NCBI GenBank assembly: GCA_028275885.1
Contig: JAPWTW010000004.1
Location: 46,992 to 78,991, forward strand
Length of the DNA: 32,000 bases
Direction of reading: 5' to 3'
Source of the DNA: Candidatus Nanopusillus sp.
Lineage (GTDB): Archaea; Nanobdellota; Nanobdellia; Nanobdellales; Nanobdellaceae
Part shown: one piece after another, positions 1-7,267 of the stretch
Layout of the letters: every line of letters begins with the position of its first letter
How positions within the stretch are numbered: position 1 is the first letter of the stretch
Position numbers and translations under genes: made by a program
Notes under the pieces: model-generated
What the model saw: the letters and a program-made list of their open reading frames with translations, nothing else
What the model was told of the DNA's origin: nothing
Databases searched by the model: none

Positions 1-174
1 TGTTCCATTATTGGAATAGCACGCTCTTTCAACTGTTGCATATAAATTTTGACATGAAGATATATTTTTATATAATAATTGAGTCTCATTATTTATGCCT
101 GTAAATTTAAAATATAAATATAAAGATAAACCAAAAGCAATAATTGCTATAATTATCCAAAACCACTTTTCCAT
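1..174 (-). CDS. Small N-terminally membrane-anchored secreted protein, partial (3' end lies beyond the window start). Last visible member of the pilus-like operon.
   Basis: My own translation of the reverse complement from the ATG at 174-172 gives MEKWFWIIIAIIAFGLSLYLYFKFTGINNETQLLYKNISSCQNLYATVERACYSNNGT with no stop before position 1. It starts 2 nt after the stop of the 177..590 ORF. It has an N-terminal TM helix, N-x-S/T sequons and the same C-Q-x-L motif as its neighbours. Confidence 0.55.
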   Translation of the reverse strand, partial: MEKWFWIIIAIIAFGLSLYLYFKFTGINNETQLLYKNISSCQNLYATVERACYSNNGT

Positions 175-176
175 TT

Positions 177-590
177 TTATCCTTGAATATTAATATAAAC
201 ATAATTTCCTGCCGAATAAATTAATATATACTTTCCAGGATTTATATTATAATTACAATTTTGCATTGCAACATTTGGATCTATACTCTTTACTCCATTT
301 ATTAAATCTTCACATGTAAATGATGGCCCCTGATAATGAATCAAGTAACAGAGACCTTGAGCTTTTTTATAATAACATGATACCACATTCATTGCAACAG
401 TTGTCATTGAACTTACATTTGTTTCTACTACAGTCTGTGTAGTATTGTATTTGGGCATTATGTTATTTATGTATGAAGATATATTTTCTCTTAATACAAA
501 TATTATTCCTGCAATTGTTAATGTAACAATTATTCCAATAAAGATTAAAAAAGTATAATTAATTGGGAGCTCTTGAATTCTCATTGCCAT
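177..590 (-). CDS. Small N-terminally anchored, 4-Cys putative surface/minor-pilin-like protein (hypothetical).
   Basis: 137 aa with a single N-terminal hydrophobic helix (YTFLIFIGIIVTLTIAGIIFVL). It has 4 Cys, several N-x-S/T sequons and the C-terminal strand motif KYILIYSAGNYVYINIQG shared with neighbours. It overlaps the upstream ORF by 10 nt. Confidence 0.6.
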   Translation of the reverse strand: MAMRIQELPINYTFLIFIGIIVTLTIAGIIFVLRENISSYINNIMPKYNTTQTVVETNVSSMTTVAMNVVSCYYKKAQGLCYLIHYQGPSFTCEDLINGVKSIDPNVAMQNCNYNINPGKYILIYSAGNYVYINIQG

Positions 591-1060
591 ATTATAATAT
601 AGCTATTGTTGTATATTATAAATATGCTGTTGTATGGATATATATTTCCTCCACTATTATTTAAATGGAATATAATTTTATTTGGATTAAATTTAGTATA
701 ATTTTGTACATATTGTATTAATGTTGCTGAATTTAGGATAATATTCTTATTTATATAAACATCATAACATATATTAAATAATTTATTTGTATTTACATTA
801 TTATTATAACAATTTAATATTAATCCTACTATACTTAAATAAATTGTATCAATACTCTCATTTGTATATATTATATTTATTGCAGAAGGATAATATTTTT
901 CACATGATGGAGAAAAACCACCTTGTGATATTAATGTTTGACAATAATATGCTTGAGAATTGCTAAAGAATTTTGTATATATAATACTCAATATAACTGC
1001 GACAGATATTATTGCTATTATTATTATAAATATTGTATCTATTGTTATATCATTCTTCAT
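581..1060 (-). CDS. Small N-terminally anchored, 4-Cys putative surface/minor-pilin-like protein (hypothetical).
   Basis: 159 aa with an N-terminal TM helix (IFIIIIAIISVAVILSIIY). The YYCQTL motif follows the helix. It has 4 Cys, a C-terminal SIFIIYNNSYIIIWQ, and a 4-nt overlap with the upstream ORF. Confidence 0.6.
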   Translation of the reverse strand: MKNDITIDTIFIIIIAIISVAVILSIIYTKFFSNSQAYYCQTLISQGGFSPSCEKYYPSAINIIYTNESIDTIYLSIVGLILNCYNNNVNTNKLFNICYDVYINKNIILNSATLIQYVQNYTKFNPNKIIFHLNNSGGNIYPYNSIFIIYNNSYIIIWQ

Positions 1061-1341
1061 ATATAATTAATACTTCCATTATAAATATATATAATTCTAT
1101 ATCCAGCAGGTATTGTTATTCCATTTATTGTACAATTTTCATTAAGAAATACTTTAATATCAATTATTTCTTGAAAACTTTTATTATATAAGTTTTTTAG
1201 TTGTTGGCAATTAATTGTTTGTATACTATTTTCACTTAAATTATTTTTTACATTATAAATATAATAAAAAGAAAATAGGCCAGCAGCTATAATTAATATA
1301 AAAGTTATTATAATCCAATATATTGTTTGTTGTAATTTCAT
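1057..1341 (-). CDS. Small N-terminally anchored, 2-Cys putative surface/minor-pilin-like protein (hypothetical).
   Basis: 94 aa with an N-terminal TM helix (IYWIIITFILIIAAGLFSFYYIY). It carries the NCQQL motif, 2 Cys and a C-terminal GYRIIYIYNGSINYI. Its start overlaps the stop of the platform gene by 4 nt. Confidence 0.6.
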   Translation of the reverse strand: MKLQQTIYWIIITFILIIAAGLFSFYYIYNVKNNLSENSIQTINCQQLKNLYNKSFQEIIDIKVFLNENCTINGITIPAGYRIIYIYNGSINYI

Positions 1342-3308
1342 AATTGTATATTTGTTGGTAAATATGGGCCAAATATTGTATATACTATTAATATTCCTAT
1401 TATTGAAAATATAACATAAAATATTGTTCCAGACAATAAATTTCTACCTATATAATATGATGTCATTGTATTGTCAAATCCATATTTTATTCCAGCACTC
1501 ATATATGAAGTTATTATTACATATTCTATAAAAAATGTACCAATTATTGCTTCAAAAAATGTTGGCGGTATTAAATTATATAGATTAAATGTATTTACAA
1601 CAAAATTGAATATATTTGTTCCTCCACCAAGACCAAAAGATTGATCTATTAATTGAAAGAAATATGCAAGTGCAAAAAGCATTGAAACTATACCATTATT
1701 AAAAATTGTAACTATTGCAGAAATTAATGGTACAAGATTTTTTGATGTTATATCTATTAATCCAATTATTTCATTTAATATTTTTCTTACGCTATATCTT
1801 ATGTTATTTACATTTTCTAAGTTTGTTGATATATTATATGCGATCTTTGATAAAACTTCAGGACCTTTTGATACAGAAGTAACTAAAAGTTGCATAGATT
1901 CTCTTACTAATTTTGATGGATATAAATTTAATGAACCAATTTTTGAATCAAATATAGAAGTACTTAAATCATAACCCCTTCTTAAATTATATAATGTTGT
2001 TTTTAGAAAATTTTCCATAATTCCAGATGATTTTATTATTTTATAATTATAATATGTTTTTTCAATTACTATTTCAAATGGATAGCCATCTTCTAATAAT
2101 GATGCAAATTCATATATAACAATTGGAAACTCATTTTCTATTTCTTCAATTTGATATATTTTTTTAACTTTTTGAAAAGATGTTAAATAATAATAAGATC
2201 CTATACTTAAACCCAACCCTAAAGGTAATGTTAAAGTTAAAACAGAATATATTAGCGCTCTATCTTGATAAACTATATTTAAATATTCACTTAAAAATCC
2301 CTGTGGAATAAATGTAATTCTTATAGCTAAAGAAACTAAATGATATATTCCCAGAACTGCAATCGATCCCAATATTATTGAAATTATTATTGCTGGAACT
2401 TCTTTATTTCCAATTTTAAATTTTCCAGGTTTTGGTAAATCTCTTGCTAAAGATAAATCTGGAACAGAAAATGCAAAAGGATTTTTTGATAGGAAGTTTT
2501 GAATTATTAAAAATGTAATAACTGGTAAAATTATTATATATGAAAATGCTATGAAATAGAAACTTACAGTATTTAATAAAAATGTAGATATTATTGGTAA
2601 TAGCAATAAACTAACTATTGGCATCATTACTAAAAAAGATACTATAACTGTTGCAGGTTCTTTTAAGGCATCTACATATAATTGGGATTTTTCTAATGAT
2701 TTTTTTAATACCCATCCCAATATTCTATCTAATAATTTATTTATATCATCAATAGATGTTTTATATTTAATATTTACAATATGTGTCATTGCATATGCAA
2801 AATCTGGACTTAAATAAAACCATCGTCTTTGATAGTATTCTAATGCAGATTCTATATCTTTAAATTTATTTGTTTCTAAATTATATAATAATGATCTAAA
2901 GTCTGTTGCAATATAACCTCTCATATAATATGCTACATATTTTATTCCATTTTCTAAATTAGGATTCCTTTTTAGATATAATGATAAATATAATATTATC
3001 CATATAATTTCTGATGTTACTTGAATTCTAATAACCTGTGTATAAAATATTGGATAATATGCAAAATAGAATGATAATATTAATAAAGATATTAATAAAG
3101 AAAAAGCAAATTGAAAGCTAACAAAACTTAAAATAAAATATATAACTATAGAAAATAATATTAGAGTTACTACAGAAGAAAATATATTATCAGGATTTGT
3201 ATTTAATCTATTTAACCATAAATGAAAGGTATATTTTTTATATATTGGATCAGGAGCTTTTAGTTTTATTAAATTAAAATTATTATAAAAATATTCAAAA
3301 AAACTCAT
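1338..3308 (-). CDS. Polytopic membrane protein, FlaJ/TadC/PilC-like (T2SS-F type) type-IV-filament assembly platform.
   Basis: 656 aa built from alternating TM bundles and two soluble domains of about 100-150 aa. The second soluble domain (EFPIVIYEFASLLEDGYPFEIVIEKT...LYNLRRGYDLSTSIF...LVTSVSKGPEVLSKIAYNISTNLE) matches my recollection of the T2SSF helical repeat. The protein contains no cysteine at all. It sits inside the operon of anchored secreted proteins. Confidence 0.6.
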   Translation of the reverse strand: MSFFEYFYNNFNLIKLKAPDPIYKKYTFHLWLNRLNTNPDNIFSSVVTLILFSIVIYFILSFVSFQFAFSLLISLLILSFYFAYYPIFYTQVIRIQVTSEIIWIILYLSLYLKRNPNLENGIKYVAYYMRGYIATDFRSLLYNLETNKFKDIESALEYYQRRWFYLSPDFAYAMTHIVNIKYKTSIDDINKLLDRILGWVLKKSLEKSQLYVDALKEPATVIVSFLVMMPIVSLLLLPIISTFLLNTVSFYFIAFSYIIILPVITFLIIQNFLSKNPFAFSVPDLSLARDLPKPGKFKIGNKEVPAIIISIILGSIAVLGIYHLVSLAIRITFIPQGFLSEYLNIVYQDRALIYSVLTLTLPLGLGLSIGSYYYLTSFQKVKKIYQIEEIENEFPIVIYEFASLLEDGYPFEIVIEKTYYNYKIIKSSGIMENFLKTTLYNLRRGYDLSTSIFDSKIGSLNLYPSKLVRESMQLLVTSVSKGPEVLSKIAYNISTNLENVNNIRYSVRKILNEIIGLIDITSKNLVPLISAIVTIFNNGIVSMLFALAYFFQLIDQSFGLGGGTNIFNFVVNTFNLYNLIPPTFFEAIIGTFFIEYVIITSYMSAGIKYGFDNTMTSYYIGRNLLSGTIFYVIFSIIGILIVYTIFGPYLPTNIQL

Positions 3309-3312
3309 TACA

Positions 3313-4074
3313 TTAGCTTGTTACACTTGGTATATTATTTAACTGGGAATATGGTACTTGTAATAAGAATTGACATAATGGCATTCCATTGACATTATTA
3401 TTTATACCTAATGCTGTACAATTTCCAGTTACTACTAATATTCCATTACTAACTGTTAAATTCAAATTACATCCATTTGCAGTATTATAATAGTTAATTA
3501 TCTTTAATAATGCACCAAATACTTGGTTTGTAATCCATGTTGGCAATTGTGCAGAACATTGTGCTGGACCTGGATATAATATTTGAGATGGAGAGGAAAT
3601 AATAATATTTGCTTGTCCTGATTTTATATCAAATGATGTAGCAGGAGAATAATTTCCAAATACATAACTTGTTGCTTGTGCTGGACTATAATATAGATCA
3701 TTAATATAATACTGACATTCTATATACATACAGTTAAGAGGCGTTATAGTATATCCTTCATGTTGACATTGACTAGAAGGGCCACCATATAATTGTAATA
3801 TTACACTACATGGAACAGCATTTGAACAGATATAATATCCAGGACTTACTTGTACAAGTCCATTTCCTATATTTTCATATTTTGTACAAAATGTTGTTGG
3901 GGTTGAACAATAGCTTGAACAATCTGAAACTGCCTGTTGTATTTGCGTATTTGATATTGTACTAATTTTTGATGATTGTTGTTGGAATAATTTAATTACA
4001 ATAACTGCTACTACTAACATTATTATTATTACAAATATTAACTGTACAGCTATATCTATACCTCTCCTTCTCAT
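3313..4074 (-). CDS. Cysteine-rich (12 Cys) secreted protein with a class-III (type IV pilin-like) signal-peptide-like N-terminus. Candidate major filament subunit or adhesin.
   Basis: The N-terminus MRRRG|IDIAVQLIFVIIIMLVVAVIVIKLF has a basic stretch, then Gly, then an immediate hydrophobic helix. The remainder is Ser/Thr/Asn/Gly-rich with 12 Cys and N-x-S/T sequons. It is the first gene of the operon and lies directly upstream of the platform gene with a 4-nt gap. Confidence 0.55.
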   Translation of the reverse strand: MRRRGIDIAVQLIFVIIIMLVVAVIVIKLFQQQSSKISTISNTQIQQAVSDCSSYCSTPTTFCTKYENIGNGLVQVSPGYYICSNAVPCSVILQLYGGPSSQCQHEGYTITPLNCMYIECQYYINDLYYSPAQATSYVFGNYSPATSFDIKSGQANIIISSPSQILYPGPAQCSAQLPTWITNQVFGALLKIINYYNTANGCNLNLTVSNGILVVTGNCTALGINNNVNGMPLCQFLLQVPYSQLNNIPSVTS

Positions 4075-4097
4075 AATTAAGGATAAACATTTTATTC

Positions 4098-4105
4098 TTT
4101 ATAAA
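4098..4105 (-). promoter_or_regulatory. TATA-box candidate for the pilus-like operon.
   Basis: TTTATAAA is centred about 27 nt upstream of the ATG at 4074, in the 36-nt gap after the DUF371 stop. This spacing is expected for a leaderless archaeal mRNA. The background is very AT-rich, so specificity is limited. Confidence 0.35.
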
Positions 4106-4110
4106 TATTT

Positions 4111-4518
4111 TTAATAATATATAATAAATTCTATATCTCTTTCATTCCTTAATCTTTCTATTAATCTTCTATCAATATCAATAGCACTCTTATTTGAATT
4201 TATTGCCAAAGTTCTATCATCAATATAATTGCTTTTTCTTATAACAATACTTCTATCATTTGTTAATAATAATCTTCTTGAACCATATGCAATTATCTTA
4301 TCTATTAATTCATCAACTTTAATTACAATTTTTATTTTTCCTTCATTTAATAAATGATCTTTAAGATCCTCTGGTAAATCTTTTACAGAGTAATTTGCAC
4401 TTATACCAATTATACAATCCCCTCTTTCAGTTAAATAATTGTCTTTAGTAATTTCTAAAGTACTTTTATGTGTTGCTTTTATTAATTTATTTCCCTTAGC
4501 TTTTATTACTAATTTCAT
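4111..4518 (-). CDS. DUF371-family protein (conserved archaeal protein of unknown function).
   Basis: 135 aa. The motif IKATHKSTLEITKDNYLTERGDCIIGI matches the H-x-T-T-x-E-I-T-K...RGDCI pattern I recall for DUF371. Confidence 0.6.
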   Translation of the reverse strand: MKLVIKAKGNKLIKATHKSTLEITKDNYLTERGDCIIGISANYSVKDLPEDLKDHLLNEGKIKIVIKVDELIDKIIAYGSRRLLLTNDRSIVIRKSNYIDDRTLAINSNKSAIDIDRRLIERLRNERDIEFIIYY

Positions 4519-5347
4519 TTAAGTAATTTAATATTTCTCTTGTAACATTTTTATTTAAATATTTATCAAACCCCTCATATTGAAATATATGATGTAAATC
4601 TATTAAATAATATTGATTATCTTTTAATAATAGATCAAATGCAAATATTTGTAAGTCGCATTTTTCCATAATTTTATATCCAATATCTATTATTTCTTCA
4701 TCTAATTTATATTTTCTTCCATATCCACCCTGACTAATATTTGCCTTAAAACTATTTTTATTAATTCTTTCCATTGCATCAATAGGTTTTCCCACAAAAA
4801 TTATCCTTATATCTTTCTCATAAGGTATATATTTTTGAAATATTAAATGTTTTATATTTATTTTCTTCTCCAATAAATATTTTTCTAAAAAATCATATAA
4901 TTCTTTTTCATTATCTATTTTATGTACAAATTCTCCTCTATGAGCAAATTGATGCTTTATTATCATTGGAAATCCTATCTTATTTATTACATATTCTATG
5001 TTATCTATTGAATATATCTTCACAAATTCTGGAATTTTTATATATTTATTAAGAACACTATAAAATAAGGTTTTTGATATTATAGATTCTTTAACATGTA
5101 TTTTATTTATTACTTCTTTTCCATTTTTTTCAAGATATTTTGCCAAAAAGTGTATATCAGATAAAAAATTTGATCCAACGAAAAAGTAATATATATCATA
5201 GTTTAATATTTTTTCATTATATGGAAATATGTTATCCTTTTCTATATCAATTATTTCAATGTTATTATAATTTTTTATTTCTTCTTTTAACTTTATTATT
5301 CTATAATCTTGTAAATCAGGTTTTGTTAATATAGCTACTCTACCCAT
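4496..5347 (-). CDS. ATP-grasp ligase, RimK/alpha-L-glutamate ligase-like.
   Basis: 283 aa. The pattern GFPMIIKHQFAHRGEFVHKI...IFQKYIPYEKDIRIIFVG...FKANISQGGYG...IFAFDLL follows the RimK-type ATP-grasp pattern. The 3' end overlaps the DUF371 start by 23 nt. Confidence 0.7.
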   Translation of the reverse strand: MGRVAILTKPDLQDYRIIKLKEEIKNYNNIEIIDIEKDNIFPYNEKILNYDIYYFFVGSNFLSDIHFLAKYLEKNGKEVINKIHVKESIISKTLFYSVLNKYIKIPEFVKIYSIDNIEYVINKIGFPMIIKHQFAHRGEFVHKIDNEKELYDFLEKYLLEKKINIKHLIFQKYIPYEKDIRIIFVGKPIDAMERINKNSFKANISQGGYGRKYKLDEEIIDIGYKIMEKCDLQIFAFDLLLKDNQYYLIDLHHIFQYEGFDKYLNKNVTREILNYLNEISNKS

Positions 5348-5398
5348 TCTTAATATCTGAGAGGTAAAGTTATAAGTTTTTTATAAAAAATAAAATAA

Positions 5399-5713
5399 AT
5401 GGCTAAATCTACTAAAAAGTCCAAATCTAAAAAAGCTTCCAAGGTTAATCAAACTAAAAAAAGTTTAAGTGAGTTATCAGAAATTGATATAACAAAACAT
5501 TATTTAGTACCAAAACATATAATATTATCTGAAGAAGAAAAGAAAGAATTATTAGAAAAGTATAAAGTATCTTTATCAGATTTACCAAAGATTAAAATAT
5601 CAGATCCGGCAATAAAGAATTTAAATGCTAAGCCTGGAGATATTGTTAAGATTATAAGAAATAATCCATGGATTGGGGAAGAAATATATTATAGAGTTGT
5701 TGTTGAGGATTAA
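5399..5713 (+). CDS. rpoH: DNA-directed RNA polymerase subunit H (Rpo5) with a roughly 30-aa Lys/Ser-rich N-terminal extension.
   Basis: [54 protein letters not shown]...YYRVVV is the canonical RpoH core. It lies immediately upstream of rpoB. Confidence 0.93.
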   Translation: MAKSTKKSKSKKASKVNQTKKSLSELSEIDITKHYLVPKHIILSEEEKKELLEKYKVSLSDLPKIKISDPAIKNLNAKPGDIVKIIRNNPWIGEEIYYRVVVED

Positions 5714-5745
5714 GCTTATAAGGATATCTTATATATAAATAAAAA

Positions 5746-7266
5746 GTGGCTAATAATAATGTAGACAATTATATCTTATTTTATAAATATTTGGAGGAAA
5801 ATGATCTGTTAGGAGTGCAACTTAGGTCCTTTGAATATTTTGTTGATGTAGAAATGACAAAGATTGGAAGGAAATTGGGGACATTTTCTCCAAGATTATT
5901 AGCTCCAGGATTAAGGGATCTACAATTTAAAATAGAAAGAATATGGTTGGGGAAGGCAGACTTTATGGAAAAGGAAGGAGTTTCTAGATTAATATATCCT
6001 ATAGAGGCTAGAATTAGAAAACTTACATACGCTGGAACAGTATATATGGAATTCTCTGTATATGAAAATGAAACATTTAAAAGTAAATATCAGGTATCTA
6101 TTGGCAGATTACCAATAATGGTTAGATCAAAATATTGTAATACTTATGGATTATCTGAAGAAGAATTAATAAGAATTGGAGAGGATCCTACAGATAGAGG
6201 TGGATATTTTATTATTAATGGAAATGAAAAATTAATTATATTATCCGAAGAACTTGCTACAAATAAATTTTATGTTCAAAAAGAATCTGGTTCTGTAAGA
6301 TATAGTGGATATTTACTATCAGAATCTTTAACTCAATTAAGGGCTCACAGAATGGAAATGACAAAAGATGGTTTATTATACTTATCATTTGAGAAATATA
6401 AAAGGGTTCCTTTAATACCATTGGTAAGGGCTCTTGGTTTAGAAAAGGATGTTGAAATAAACCAATTAATTTCTGAAGAGGATGATTTTGAAGAAGTATA
6501 TATTAATTTATTGGAGTTCCAAGATATAAAAACTTCTGAAGATGCAATAAGATATTTGGCTGATAAATTAAAATTAACAGGATCTCCAGAAGTTAAAAGA
6601 GAAAAATTATTATCAATATTAGATAATTTATTATTACCGAATATTGGAACATCACCAAATGATAGATTATTAAAGGCGTACAATTTATTGAAGATGGCAA
6701 GAAAGTTATTATTATTAGCCCATGAAAAAATTAATGAAGATGTGAAAGATCATTTTGCAAATAAAATAGTTAGAACACCTGGAGAATTAATGAGAGAAAT
6801 TTTCTTAGTTACTTTAAGAACATTGATGACAGATGCAATGTATCAATATGAAAGGTTGGTGAAAAGGGGAAAAATACCCACATATACATCTATATTTAGA
6901 TCAAAAATATTTACTGAGAGGTTTGAAAATGTAATGGCTATGGGGAAATGGACAAGAAATAGGACTGGAATTTCACAGAATCTTGATAGAACAAATAAAA
7001 TTTCTGTCTTATCTCATTTAACAAGGGTTGTTTCTTCAATATCTGGAGAAGCTGAATTATTAGAAGCAAGAATGGCTCATGGTACACACTGGGGTAGATT
7101 GGATTTAATAGAAACACCCGAAGGTCATGAAACTGGATTGAGAAAAAATAAAACAATACTATCAAAAATAAGTTTTGAGGAGGTTGATAAAGATGAATTA
7201 ATTAGGAGATTAGAAGATATAGGATTAAGGCCAACAGTTAAAAATATTTCAGATATAAAAAAATAA
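5746..7266 (+). CDS. rpo2N: DNA-directed RNA polymerase subunit B'' (Rpo2N, N-terminal half of split RpoB). GTG start.
   Basis: 506 aa with GGYFIINGNEKLII and GRLPIMVRSKYC motifs. The start codon at 5746 reads GTG in the sequence. The stop lies 1 nt before the B' start. Confidence 0.96.
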   Translation: MANNNVDNYILFYKYLEENDLLGVQLRSFEYFVDVEMTKIGRKLGTFSPRLLAPGLRDLQFKIERIWLGKADFMEKEGVSRLIYPIEARIRKLTYAGTVYMEFSVYENETFKSKYQVSIGRLPIMVRSKYCNTYGLSEEELIRIGEDPTDRGGYFIINGNEKLIILSEELATNKFYVQKESGSVRYSGYLLSESLTQLRAHRMEMTKDGLLYLSFEKYKRVPLIPLVRALGLEKDVEINQLISEEDDFEEVYINLLEFQDIKTSEDAIRYLADKLKLTGSPEVKREKLLSILDNLLLPNIGTSPNDRLLKAYNLLKMARKLLLLAHEKINEDVKDHFANKIVRTPGELMREIFLVTLRTLMTDAMYQYERLVKRGKIPTYTSIFRSKIFTERFENVMAMGKWTRNRTGISQNLDRTNKISVLSHLTRVVSSISGEAELLEARMAHGTHWGRLDLIETPEGHETGLRKNKTILSKISFEEVDKDELIRRLEDIGLRPTVKNISDIKK

Positions 7267-7267
7267 A

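Noticed and set aside
5140-5334. Other antisense or embedded track ORFs: 5140..5334, 14002..14247, 14675..14872, 15813..16016, 16250..16435, 16821..17048, 19202..19417, 20277..20459, 20877..21218, 21633..21836, 22418..22624, 26368..26712, 28905..29135, 30880..31110, 31423..31623 and 31431..31637.
   Set aside because: All are nested opposite better-supported genes, lack motifs and have implausible composition. None has independent start or promoter context.
5380-5387. TTTATAAA upstream of rpoH, considered as its TATA box.
   Set aside because: It is centred only about 15 nt from the ATG. The predicted TSS would therefore fall inside the ORF. Either another promoter is used or the spacing is coincidental in AT-rich DNA.
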